Assembly: GCF_006345805.1 (NCBI RefSeq)
Contig: NC_043003.1
Location: 73,904,001 to 73,968,000, forward strand
Length of the DNA: 64,000 nt
Direction: 5' to 3'
From: Octopus sinensis
Taxonomy: Eukaryota
In this document: one piece after another, positions 1 through 12,752 of the stretch
Layout: each line of letters starts with the position of its first letter
How positions within the stretch are numbered: position 1 is the first letter of the stretch
Position numbers and translations under genes: made by a program
The notes under the pieces: generated by a model
Database searches by the model: none
What the model saw: the letters and a program-made list of their open reading frames with translations, nothing else
What the model was told of the DNA's origin: nothing

Positions 1-38
<38 letters not shown>

Positions 39-71
39 GTGAAGTGAAAGCACGCTATAAAAATAAAACTA

Positions 72-139
<68 letters not shown>

Positions 140-165
140 GAAGAAGAAGAAGAAGAAGAAGAAGG
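1..165. repeat. (AAT)n / (AAG)n microsatellite
   Basis: AAT runs at 1-39 and about 77-138, followed by AAG at 139-165. Confidence 0.97.
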
Positions 166-199
166 TGAAGATAATAAAGACATAATAATATCTTTATTA

Positions 200-1345
200 A
201 TCACAAGGATTATCTGAAGGAAAACATGGACAGCATAGGACAACAAAAAAGATGTGTGTGTCAGTGTGTGTAGTTAGGAGAGTTTTGCGTGTAACGTAGA
301 ATGATAAAATTATAGAAACAAAGGCGACCAACAATGTGTAGTCTTCAGTAGGGAGGAGACGTTCAAGTGCTGCTCATAGAAAAACCCCATAAAACCGTGG
401 GTGCCCTTTATTTTGAGACATGTGACTTTTTCCTTTCGTTTCTTTTTCCAGCTACAGACGTATGATCAGGGCAGGCCCATTCACTTGTACAATTCTCGTC
501 ACTTTCTTCCACCTTTCAGAAAATGTATTAGAAAACAACACTTCCCTTTCTACCCATAATTTTCTTTTCAAGTGAAACCTAAAGAAGTTCATAAGCGTTT
601 GGCCAAAGAAAAAAGTGTTTGTCTTCAGCCCTTTCAATCTGATCCACCACACAACATCTTAGGCCATGGCCACCATGCATATAAAAACATCCTTTCCTTC
701 CCGGTTAAAGGAAGGAGGCGAGGCGATAGTCACGATGGATTCAGTTGACAGCCGGATCTATCTCACACGCGATAGTAAGTGTTCGACATAAACCCACAGG
801 TCAGCAATGCTCTGGCGAGTGTATGCAGTACCGTCTCTTCGTCCTGCGCGCATCTCAGACATGCTCGGCTAACTTCACTTCCTTGCCAGTAAAAATTTAT
901 CTTGAGCAGGCAAAAATACCCGGTAGCACTGCAACGCCAGAATTTTGGAACTTATTCGTCTGTCCCGGCGCAAAAAGATCTCCGAAAAAGAGTGATTAGC
1001 TGATATTTTTCGACACCTAAGTTCTCCCCGAGAACATTCATCGCACTTTTCCTCCACTAAACCTGTATAAAACTTTTCCCATGATATTCCCGTTTCTTCT
1101 ATCGTACATTATAAGTGTTCTCACAGTCACCATCCATGCGGGGAAATTTATCTTTTTAGACACACTCATTGAATTAAACTGATAGTCTTTCATGCACCGC
1201 TTGAGATCTCTTGAGACTGGGGCCATGAATCTCATCTGGACCGGGGGCTTTCCAGTTAGGCATTATACACGCTTGTTCTTTCAGATCACCCATGTTTATG
1301 ACAATATTCTTTTGTTTCTCTCATCCTTTTATTTCTGTCTTGACA
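200..1345 (-). mobile_element. 3' fragment of an L1/Tx1-like LINE ORF2 (degenerate)
   Basis: Minus frame gives SRACLRCAQDEETVLH (about 823-870), a CxxC...ETxxH zinc-knuckle motif typical of the L1/Tx1 ORF2 C-terminus. ORF 452-652 (LKRKLWVEREVL...FSERW) resembles the Tx1-type C-terminal tail. Multiple frameshifts. Confidence 0.7.
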
Positions 1346-1384
1346 ATTCCTACCCACGTTGCAGCCCTTTTATGAACCACATTG

Positions 1385-1392
1385 TTTCCCCA

Positions 1393-1432
<40 letters not shown>

Positions 1433-1490
1433 CATCATTATCATTATCATTATCATTATCATTATCAGTATCATTATTATTATCATTATT

Positions 1491-1586
<96 letters not shown>

Positions 1587-1684
1587 TTTAGTTTTATTAT
1601 TATTATTGTTGTTGTTGTTGTTATTATTATTATTATCATCATCATTATCATTATTATTATTATAATTTAATATCATTATTATCA

Positions 1685-1721
<37 letters not shown>

Positions 1722-1751
1722 CATTATTATTATTATTATTGTTATTATCAA

Positions 1752-1794
<43 letters not shown>

Positions 1795-1815
1795 GTCGTT
1801 GTTATTATTATTGCT
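1385..1815. repeat. Compound (ATT)n/(ATC)n microsatellite
   Basis: About 430 bp of ATT/ATC/GTT triplets; explains the poly-I/L/Y/N ORFs. Confidence 0.98.
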
Positions 1816-2861
1816 GTTGTCATCATTGTCCTTGTTCTTGTAGTTATCGAATACTATAATGATTTTCTTATGACTTTCATTATTTCTTTATTTGTCTTCA
1901 TGTAAAACCTTATTTTCAGTCTGTGTCTTTCTTTCTCTTTTATGTTACGATTTATTTGAACACTTGTTTTCCATTATCTCTGGTCATTTTATTTCGAGTC
2001 CCTATTTTCTTGGTTTGTATTTACGTGGAATTCTTGAGGCCGACCTCTTTTTACAGCTTAATGACACCCATCGGCGCAGAGATAATAGTTCTCATCCAGC
2101 TCCTCTCAAATAAAGTTTATATAATGACATGTAATAACTACCATACTTTGTTATTAATTCTGAACTACATCTCATAGAATAGGCCTTTACCTTTCAAGTT
2201 CTACGCTAATTAAGTGATTTACTGGATGTATACAGGGAAACATAAGATGCAAATAAAAGATACAATTTGTAATATTATTTTTATAATATGCATTCAATGA
2301 AAATATTAATGTACAGTGACAGTTGTACATCAATCGGGAGGAGATAAAGTCAGAAACACTAGCGTTTAGCGAAGGCAATCAAGCTACAATCAATTCGGTT
2401 TTGAAGATTGTAACCTAACCCACAGCTTCCCGAAATGTACGAGAAATATACATATCCAGTATTGTCAATTGGATATGTAACCAGTGTGGAATACTAAAAA
2501 AAAATACACATAATTATTTCTGGAAAAAAAGGTGTCAATTGTCATTATGTCGGTATACCAAATGCTTCATTTCGGAGTTTTTAAAACAATACAATAATAG
2601 TTTATATTCTTCAAATAATCGTTCTTCTTATAAACTCATTTCTAAAAGTAATTTTAGTGTCGGTAAAATAAAAGGTTGATAAAAGTGCGAACATCATTGT
2701 TTCATGCGTTTTTACAATTGTTATATCTGAAAAGTTTAGACGACTCTGAAAGGATTTGGTCTTTATATATTGCACGTCTACAAATTTTAGATTTGAGTTT
2801 ATTAATGATAACAATGCATGGCTATCTAAATTTTGAGTAATTAATTATAGGTTTAGAGGTG

Positions 2862-2946
2862 TCTGTGTGATAAGGAACTTGCTTCCCAACCACATGATTC
2901 CATGATCAGTCCCACTGCGTGGCATATTCGGCAGGTGTCTTCATCA

Positions 2947-2977
<31 letters not shown>

Positions 2978-3170
2978 GTATTTGTGTGTGTCTGTGTGTC
3001 TGTATTTGTCCTTCCACCATCGCTTGACAACCGATGATATGTCCACGTCCTCGTAACTTAGCGGTTCGGCAAAAAGAGACTTATAGCTTAAGTCCTGGGG
3101 TCGATTTGTTCGACTCAATACGTTGCTGCAGCAGGGCCGCGGTTAAATTACTGAAATCAATATAAGAATA
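2862..3170 (+). mobile_element. tRNA-derived SINE family A, degenerate and internally deleted copy
   Basis: Head gtgtgataaggaacttgcttcccaaccacatg, internal (TA)n, and 3' part catcgcttgacaaccgat...ggggtcgatttgttcgact, shared with copies at 23170, 52894 and 57150. Confidence 0.85.
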
Positions 3171-3673
3171 TTAAAATCATGCTTGCAAAATATTGCATCC
3201 AACTAAGTTGTACATAAGGATTGCCTTTTGATATTCATGCTGCTTCTACCGCTTAATGATTCGTTTGATAAGTCTGCTGCCTATTTGCGAAATCAATGAC
3301 TATATATTCTTATTCTCTGCGGTAGTGAAAGTCGACTATTATGTCGCTGATGCTGCCACTCTCATTCCGACCAGGCGGTCCACTAGCGCATTTAGTCGAT
3401 GTTGATAATTTTTCAGCTAAAGGTAGGACCTTTAGAAAATGCCCAGGGTATCCTCTGTTGCTGTATTTCCCACCAAAGGAGGCTTAAGAGTCGGAAACGC
3501 GCGTCAAGAAATTTGCTAGACGGAAGCATTGGGAAGATAATATGACTGAACACTGTTAACGTAAGAGAGACATTTTCTCCTCGGTAAATGTAGTGAAATT
3601 GCCTTTCGAAGTTCAAACTTATCACAAACTGGCCTAAAGTTCGCTTATTCCTAACCAATGCTTGCGATAGATG

Positions 3674-3711
<38 letters not shown>

Positions 3712-3715
<4 letters not shown>

Positions 3716-4320
3716 CTAACAGTTGGACCCGGCGTTCCTGGTGTTTTCCGTGTTGAAGTTAAGACAACCTCTGACCATGTATTGAAATCTCCTACGTTCT
3801 CGTAAAAAAACTATTAACCGTTAAGTTGTTATATCCGGTTCGGCATGCTGTTGCAGGATAAATAGATATGTGACATGCAGAGGAAAAATGGTCAGAACAG
3901 GTGACGGGATTTTGTTGATGGAGTGGAGTTTTTGCAGCTGATGATGACCTGTTCAATGGCGAAGCGATATACTGACATCAACTCACTGCCATGAGCCTAA
4001 CTCACTGATCGATTGTCTTCAAAATCGGACCAAAGCTGTAGGAAAAATAACCTCATTATGGGAATTTCCATTCAAACGGCCGCCTAAGCTCACAAAAAAT
4101 GATATATTCATATTTATATTTATGTTACGCTATATGCATATAGTCAGACTAAGGACTTGTATTCGTTTTGAGGGTGTCCAGAGTTTACTGTATCGATTGA
4201 CAGGAAATTACAGCCAAATATTGATATCTATCATTCTACTGTTCTCGTTTATCTACAGGTTGATGATTTGTTGCGCCTCACTTTTTACGTATAATGTGTT
4301 TTTTATTAATATCTAACTTA
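3712..4320 (+). mobile_element. Possible non-autonomous Helitron/HINE-like repeat
   Basis: Starts after (TA)n with actaacagttggacccggcgttcctgg, resembling the ACTAG..ACCCGGCGTT..CGG start of DINE/HINE-type elements, and contains aaaatcggacc. Recognition from memory only; right boundary uncertain. Confidence 0.4.
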
Positions 4321-4533
4321 ATATCTAACTTCAATAATGTTTACTGTATCAAAGCTGAGGAAACGGACCAACTAATAAACTCGTGCTATTTTCTAAATGT
4401 CACAATAAATTCTGTTACAAATAAATAGTATTCAAGTGATCGTTCGACATTTGTTCCTGCTCAGCATAAATTCTTGCATTTCGTAGTTTTCTTTTTTTTT
4501 TACAGTTCTATATTTAAGAGATGAGGAATTTTG

Positions 4534-4708
4534 TACATTATTTACATTATTTACAGTTGAAGTATATTTGTCCTCATCTTGTTTGTAGTTAACACAACGT
4601 TTCGGCTGATATACCCTTCAGCCTTCATCAGGTGTCTTGGGGCAATTTCGAACCTGGGTTGTCATTCCTAATGTATTTTTCGATGTTGTTATTATTATTA
4701 TTATTATG

Positions 4709-4799
<91 letters not shown>

Positions 4800-4994
4800 C
4801 CACTGCCTGGAATCGAACTCGGAATCTTGGAGTTAGTAGCCCGCGCTTTTAGCTACTACGCGATATACCTTTGGAATGAGAACCCAGGTTTAATATTTCC
4901 CCAAGAAGTTGAAGGCTGCAGGATATATCCGCCGAAACGTTGTGTTATCAACAAACAAGTTGAGGACAAATATCCGTCAATTGTAAATAATGTA
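4534..4994 (-). mobile_element. tRNA-head/(AAT)n/hammerhead short element with inverted 3'-end duplication, copy 1
   Basis: Arms at about 4543-4669 and 4872-4994 are reverse complements. Between them are (ATT)n at 4688-4795 and, on minus, a tRNA-like head at 4796-4870 with B-box gttcgattcc. Confidence 0.85.
4591..4638 (-). ncRNA. Minimal type I hammerhead ribozyme (PLE-type)
   Basis: Minus strand: aagacac-CTGATGA-a-ggctga(agggtata)tcagcc-GAAAC-GTT-gtgtt. Catalytic core intact, 6-bp helix II, stem I GACAC/GUGUU, and a loopless palindromic ACGT stem III. Confidence 0.8.
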
Positions 4995-5999
4995 AGTGAG
5001 AGTTTTTTTTTTTTCAGAAATAAAGCAATGATAGATTTAACGTGTAAATCAGTATGAAACTACTTCTCCGATTCAACGAAATATATTTTTTTTCAAATAG
5101 TGAGAGAAAATATAATCCGTTACCATTTATCCAAACTTCATAGTTTCTTATGTGACACGATAATCCTGTTGAATTAAATTGTTTAATATAGCAAATAAAA
5201 ATATTTTTTATTTCACTTTTGGAATTATGAAGAAGAGGAAAACCTAATTTGATAGCTTCTCATAATATCTTTAGATTTCTGCACGATGTGAGTGTAAACG
5301 TATAATATTTGTATGACTGTGGTATTTCAAATGTTCTATGATATGATTTTGTTGGCGAAATTTAATTTTGAGTATTAAGGAAGTTACCTTGATTATATTA
5401 GAAATAATTTTAGCAATTTTTGGAATCCTCATAACTGTTTGAAATTATTCTTGCAGTATATTGTGTTACAGAAAACATGTCATAGAAGGAAAAAATATAT
5501 CAAATCTTCATAAAATGTAACACATAGATAAACTGCATTGCATACTGAAAAATGTTATTAAAATTTTATGTACTCTTTCATGTATGTTGATAGATGCCCA
5601 AATATAGAGACACTCGCACATCAATGTGTGCACCTTTTTATGTATCTAAAGCGAAATCTTGGAAAGGGATAAATGAAAAATATCTATACATGCCTACATT
5701 TATACAACACACACGCTGAACACATGTATACATGTTTACAAATTGGGCGACTTAATCGGCCACGATGGTGAGATCGCGGGTATTTGACAGGTAAAACTTC
5801 CTGCCCATTATCTGGAATTTTTTCGACACAAATTTGTGACCTCTTCGGCGACCATTTCCGTCCATGTGTGTCTTCCTGGTCCGCTTAATCCATCCTATCC
5901 TTCTGTTATGTATTTCCTTAACTGCGCGTGTGGCTGCGTTTATAACTATATCTGCTGCTGCTGCTGCTGCTCTTGACTCTTACTTTTGATATTGTTCTG

Positions 6000-8400
6000 G
6001 TAACCCTCTCTGTTTGTTCATGCCTCTACCATCGTAGTTGTTGTTGTTACTATTGTTGTGTTTGTTATAACCGTTAGTGATGTTTTTGTATGTGTGTTTG
6101 TGGTGTATATGTGTTTGCATAATATGTTGTTTGTATCCGTGCCCAATACGAGGGAAACAACGACACAGGAGTTTGAGGAGATAGAGGAGGTCACCAATGC
6201 TCACATGTTGATGTTGTCAAACATCTTATGTGCAAAGAAGCGGACGGTCAACAACTTCCAGGCCACTAGTAATGACATCCCAGTGCTGTATGAAGCTCCG
6301 CAAGGACCATTAGTTGACAACTGACTCAGTGACTGGGCCGGCAGCGGGATCGGTGTGTGGGGCCAATGTTGCCAACGATTACCGAATCTCATACTTCCTC
6401 TCTATGATCACACGCCTTCGGATCAGAATGTCCCCTGATTTGAATGATATCACAGAGGACCTCCTCAGTAGAATCAATAAATGCAATCATGCCTTCGAAC
6501 TGACGGGCTGCATAATAGGCAGTATGGATGTAGTATCCTTATACCCATCCATTGATACTGATTTTGCTGTGGAGAAATGTCTGCAGTTAATCAGGGAGAG
6601 CAGCATGAAGTTTCGTGGTGTTGACATAGAAGAACTTGGCCTCCTCTTGAGACTGTCACAAGGATTACATAGATGAATGTGACCTTAGTTATTTCTGCCC
6701 CACTAGACCGGTAAAAGGTAGACCCTCTACTATAACGTCAATGGCCAAAAAGACCCATAAAGGGAGATGGAACGAGTGAACTAGAGCGATACGGACCCCC
6801 GGAACCATGATCAGGTTAAAAAGATGGTTGCACATGCGGTGGGTGCGTGTACGATTAAGGGTCACATATTTGAGTTTCATAACAAGTTATGCGCCAGGAG
6901 GAAGGTACATCCATCGTTACCAGTATCGCTGGTGATGTGGCTATTTATGGAATGGTGGGATAGGGAGATCCAATGAGAGATTAGCAGAGAACTCCGTAAT
7001 GCTACCTATGTACTCCCGCTATGTAGATGATATAAACATAGTGGACAAAGCTTCTCCACCTGATAATGTCGATGAACTAGAAGTTTACGATAGGGAGAGC
7101 ATCCAGCAAATAACAACAAACTCCGTCTACCAGAGTATTAAGGTAACCGTAGACTACCCTAACAAGTAGCCGAATTATAGGCTACCTAGCTTAGACACAG
7201 AACTCTGGCTGAAAAGCAAGAATAGTAAGGTACAGATCCTTCATTCTCTTTATACCAAAACTATTACCTTCAAATACCAGGTTCACCAGAAAGCAGCTGT
7301 TGAAGACAGCGCCAAGTTTAATATTCTAATACCGGACCTGGTGAGAATAACGAGGAATGTGTCCTGCATGCGTGACCTTGTAGAATTAGAAAGACACATA
7401 AAACACTTCATCCACCGCATGCAATTCTCTCACAACAACCAAACGTAGAAGATTAGGGTGTACAAAGGAGCCAGGGCTAAGTACATGGCCCTCATAGAGA
7501 GTGATGCAAACGAGAGTAAATCTTGGAACAGCACGGAAAGGATAATGAAATCTCATGGTATGACAAACTCATGATATGGCAAAAAAAGATATACATCTCT
7601 TCGTTGATGCTGCCACTGGTGTTGATTCTACCACTAGCATACCATTTTAGAAAAGTATTAGAAGAGATAAATCTACGGATTAAAGTAGGAGACGGGCCTG
7701 GAAACCCATAAAATCCCTGATCTGTAAAACTTTCCCCTTCGTTAGATCTCCATGTACAGGAAACAATTATATAGCATGAAAGGTGAACCCAAAGGTTAAC
7801 TGTAAGATTAGAAATATAGTCTGTAGTTTACGGAGTACTGAGGGAGGGTACAGGAACAAGACAACTACATTTGAGAGACGTCATGCAGTGTAGGGGAGCT
7901 AATAGATGAACCATGGTGGGAGCTCAAACAGGAGAGAAACTCGCCAGTGTTTTAGCAACATGCCCAGGTAGAATATAGAGTACAAAGGTTAAGATAGTAT
8001 CAAGGCATAGAACTGACCCGACACTTAGATTATTGAGGACACACACATTGTAATAGAGAGACCGAGCCTCAATAGAAAACACGAATGGAATAATAACACT
8101 CCGCACCACCACACCACACGACACCACACAATGCGACAACTAAAGACAGAAGGTAAAATACCAGAAAACAAATAAAAATAGTGTAATACCCACACAAAAA
8201 GCATGCACATACCTATGATAAATATAAGAAATAAGAAATGGAGATACATACTATATAAAATTCACGGATATTAACAGTATAGTATGCAAACCCTTAATAC
8301 ATACACAAAAAAAACATACATTAGCTTCATAACTGGCCTCAAGAAAAACAACACGAACAACAACAACAACACTTACAACAACAACAGCAGTAGCAACAAC
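6000..8400 (+). mobile_element. Penelope-like element (RT + GIY-YIG), degenerate
   Basis: RT motifs IIGSMDVVSLYPSID (ORF 6314-6676) and MYSRYVDDINIV (about 7008-7045), thumb region, NCKIRNIV...YI.ETS, and C-terminal DPTLRLL...RPSLNRKHEW (about 8030-8090). Many stops and frameshifts. Confidence 0.85.
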
Positions 8401-8619
8401 AATATCTACTACTACTAAAACGATGGAATCGACTGGCCAACTCCTTAAAAACTACAAGCCTTGTGCCTACAGTAGAAAATAACATTACTGTTGGCGAACG
8501 TTGTAATAGAAATAGATGAAATACCGCCAAAATAACCTAAACTATTCATTAACTTCGATTTTGAGCTCATACTTTACTTGCATTTACATTGCATCACTGA
8601 TTAAACGAAATGTCACGTA

Positions 8620-8790
8620 TACAGGCGCTGGTGTGGTTGTGTAGTAAGAAGCATGCTTCCCAACCACATGGTTGCGGGTTCATTGCCAATGCCAGGCACA
8701 TTGGGCAAATGTTTTCTACTACAGCCTCGGATCGACCAGAGACTTATGAGTGGATTTGGAAGAGGGAAACTGAAAGAAACAACCATTTTT
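8620..8790 (+). mobile_element. SINE family A, 5' half
   Basis: tggtgtggttgtgtagtaagaagcatgcttcccaaccacatgg...gtggatttgg...gaaactgaaagaa matches the family A head and core. Confidence 0.85.
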
Positions 8791-9167
8791 AAGGAACCTT
8801 AATTCCAAGGTATGCACAGTTTTAAGTAATATTTAAAGAAAAATATATGAAAATTAGAATTATGTGAACCACGTACACCTCGAATACACCCTTCACAATA
8901 AAATACCCTAACTTTCTATATTAACCATGTAATCTATAACACATCTGTACTAAATTGCTAATGGATATGAAACAGTTGATCACATTACATTGCGGAAACC
9001 TTGTCTAAATATCCGATGAGTAATAAGAACAGAAACATAGAGATTTAAGACAATTAGTAGGTAGGTATACATACAATTTGGTACAATTACAACTTTTCAA
9101 TATGTGTTAAATTATTTTCTTTTAGAAAATATATACACTTGTAAAATGATTTTCTTTTGTTTTTCAG

Positions 9168-11332
9168 ATGATTTCGGCTAAAGTTTCCAAAAATACCTAC
9201 ATAAATTTAAACAGTAATAATTTAAGTATATAAAATGTTATAATGGCAAAAGGCATTTGGATTTCCTGCAGAATTTCCTACAGCAATCACCCCTTCAAAG
9301 GCTGATATTCCGACATTATTTATACATAAGTAACTGTAAAGAATATATCAAAAACTTCACCCACTGCGAAAGAATGCTACAGGATTGTTGCTCCAGATGT
9401 GCAAACAATATGTGATAAATTTTCTTGTCCTTATATTGGATTTGAAGGAATAGCTCTAAAACTTGAGAAATTGATTAAATCTGCTTATAAATTAAACAGA
9501 ACACGTATAAGGCAAAGAGGCGATAGTTTTGATAAAAGTTTATAGGAGTTCATCTGTGCGTGTTATGACAAGCACATAAAAAGATCTGACTGTAGGTGTG
9601 ACATAAGAATACCAATAATGGAATGGGAATAAATTGTTGGAAATGGGAAAAAAGGCTTAATCAGTTAGGACTTGTGGACAGAGAAATGACTTCAGATACA
9701 AAAACAACTGCAGATAAAGCGAAACGATTTGTAAAGTGGAAGGCGAAAATACGCTTAGATATGGACGTTACTTCAGCTAGTTATCAATGCACAAGTAATG
9801 TAATTGAAGATAGTTGTAACTCATATTTCAATGATAACGATGACATCGACTTTTTCCAGACAATGATTTGAGAGAAAACCAACAAAACAGATTTACTTAT
9901 GAGAATCTAGCCATCACAGCTGACAGATATTGGGTAAGTTGCAGAGCTACTGCTACCATTGTTAATGCAGCTTTGGGAGATAAGCTTGGTGGGCGATATG
10001 CTAGTTAACACAAAAGTTGAAAGAGAAAGAAAAAGAGTTGGAAAAATCTATGTTATAAAAATGAAAACAGAATATAGAAATCGACTTCATCGCTTTTGAT
10101 GGCAGAACTGATGAAACTAAAACAGCAAGAGAGATGGAAAGTGACGAGTATTTAGCTCACATTTCTCCAGATAATGGTACAACTCGTTGCATTGCAGAAC
10201 ATATTATTACTTTTTAAATTGATTCTGACAGACAAGAAAGTTTAAAGTTTGTGTTATGTGAAAGCCCCCCCCCCCCATAAACACTGGTCATTTAGGAGGG
10301 GTAATTAAAATGATTAATATTACACTTAAATAAACTACTGCGGTAGCTGATACGCCTGCTACGTACAAATGAGCTTCCGTTTCGACACGTATTTGAATCC
10401 ATAGATGGAAAAACAACAAGACCACGAATATGAAAATAATTAATTGGCAATAAATTTAAAGATGTAACAAACTTACAAATAATCATATTTTTCTCCCGTA
10501 AAAAACTAAATTGAATGGGTTGCCCTCAGATGTTCTTGATACTTTAAACTCAGACCAAAAATATCCGTATGAAATGTGCCTCAGTATTGAGACAGAGTCT
10601 GTTTCTGAGCAGTTGCCAGCAAAATCACCCGGTAAAATCCATCATTCATGATGATTAACATGTGCAAACAGAATTATTCCATTATATGTTTCGGAAAAAA
10701 TTACTTAAATTATATTATAGATTTTGTTAAAAACATAACGCAAGTCTATGCTCCAAGCTGATTCTGGATTGAATCTCACCTGAAGTTACATGAAAGAGCA
10801 AGTACGTTTTGGTATATGGATCATCTAATGTGAGATATGAACCAAGATTATAAAGAAGTTATGGAGAAATCGTTAAAAATTAATTCGCATTTTGCCAATC
10901 AGGAGAATATTTTAATGAACTATGCTGGATGATGGAGGAAGAAAAATTAGGGAAGTAGCAATTCAGCGAATTGTTAAAGCAAGTACTTTTCCTTGAATAG
11001 CCCTTGAAAAATAAAAAAAATTAAAACTACCAAGCAAAATAAATTTTGAAGCACAGGATTATGTCAATTTGATTTGCTGGGAAAGTAGAGTTATAATATC
11101 CCCTCCAGATTTACAGAACTTTACAAATGTTGATCTTCTTAAAGCTCGTTCAGGACCATCAACAGGAATACCTCTTTCCTGTTATAGCCAAGGAGTCGAG
11201 CATGCTATCAATTTAGTGACAGAAGGTTCTGAAGTCAGAAGTGTCAACGAAAATAAGGACAAATTCATATTAAATGTACAGAACTCAAGACAAAGTTTAT
11301 CTCACATTTTCTGGAAAAACATCGTAATTTAA
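9168..11332 (+). pseudogene. Degenerate DDE DNA transposase, probably hAT-related
   Basis: Pieces across frames: LAITADRY.VSCRATATIVNAALGD, FDGRTDETK, INSHFANQENIL, IREVAIQRIVKA, INFEAQDYVNLICW, SCYSQGVEHAINLVTE...KDKFI...SR. These motifs recall a widespread invertebrate transposase family; the superfamily assignment is not certain. Confidence 0.75.
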
Positions 11333-11554
11333 TTTAATAATTAATACTATTAATGCCTATTTTATGATGTTCAGTGTTTATGTCTTTCGTTATATATATA
11401 TGTATATATATTTGAAAACACCACTAGAATGGGAGATAGCGCTAATGATCTAAGTGATATGATATATATATATATAATGTAATATATAAATAAATATCTG
11501 TAAATATAAACCATCCGATCTTCTGATTACCTCATTTCTTCTAATATATATATA

Positions 11555-12515
11555 TATATAGAAAGAAGAGAACTACGTTATTGGAAATAATGGATCGAAA
11601 GGGTTCAGAAAAACCATTCAGTAAATGGGCACATATTAATTTCAGTTTGTTATGTATGTTAATGATTTTAATTAATATATATAGTTAATGATTATTGAAT
11701 AATATCTAAGAATATGTTCAATTATAGTTATTAATGTAAGGTCATGGGTCCAACAATAATGTGTAATATAAGTGTTTAGTCAATATTATTTAGTTATGTA
11801 TAAATACATGAGAAGAAGACAATTACATTAGCTGAATTACTAAAGTGTTCAGAAAAATTCTTCCAATAAAAGAGCATGCTTTAACTTCAATTTTTCATTA
11901 ATGCTATATTTATACTTACATTATCCTATAATATAATTATATATTTTTAAAAACTAGACTTAGAGAACACGTGTCTTAATGTATGAATAAAACAGTTATT
12001 TTTCATTTAATAAATTAAAGAATCTTTTTTAAAATAAGGATTCTAAAGGCCTCTCTTTTACCCAAGTTGTATCTCCTGCTTGAGACTCTTTAAGACATTG
12101 TACAACTAATAATATCCCATCTAAGTCTAAATTCAATGGTATTATCCTTTAATCTCTATATGGACTTAGGATAATATAACTATATAATATAATATTAATA
12201 ACCAATTGAAATTAATACGTGCCCTTCTAGTGGAAGAATATTTCTGAACCCTTTGGAGTCATTAATTTTGGTAATGTAATTATCTCCCTCTTTTGTATTT
12301 ACACAAAACTAAATAATATTGACTAATACACTTATGTTACACATTATTGTTGGCTCAGCGACCTTAAGTTAATAACTATAATTTAACATATGTTAAAATA
12401 TAATTTAGTAATCATTAAACATATATAACAAATTCAAATTAATATGTGCTCATTTATTAAATGATTTCTTTTGAAACATGTGGAGTATTAACGTAATTCT
12501 CTTCCTTCAATATAT
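11555..12515. repeat. Large AT-rich foldback (inverted repeat, about 400-bp arms)
   Basis: ccaacaataatgtgtaatataagtgtttagtcaatattatttag (about 11749) is the near reverse complement of ctaaataatattgactaatacacttatgttacacattattgttgg (about 12309). Similarity continues out to gaagagaactacgtta/taacgtaattctcttc and in to tagacttaga/tctaagtcta. Confidence 0.85.
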
Positions 12516-12637
12516 TTATAAGTAACTAAATAATATCAACTATACAACTTACAATACAGAATATCGTTGCCTTTCTTACATTACATCAGCACAATATTGT
12601 AACATATTCTTGAAACTAATTTGCAAGTTATATAGAC

Positions 12638-12674
12638 TTGTGAGTGGTAGACAGAAACTGAAAAAAGCCCGTCG

Positions 12675-12752
<78 letters not shown>

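Noticed and set aside
1192-1826. Long ORFs of poly-Ile/Leu/Tyr/Asn (also at 19914-20381, 32494-32943, 44789-45235, 59215-59493, 60291-60702)
   Set aside because: Stop-free read-through of trinucleotide microsatellites; not genes.
2187-3660. Possible additional PLE fragments on minus (LINSNLKFVDV at about 2800; NRGYPGHFL at about 3450)
   Set aside because: Only short, weak motif resemblance; not supportable without an HMM search.
5740-5990. GC-richer minus-strand poly-Ala segment, possibly a LINE ORF1 start
   Set aside because: Frameshifted, with no diagnostic motif.
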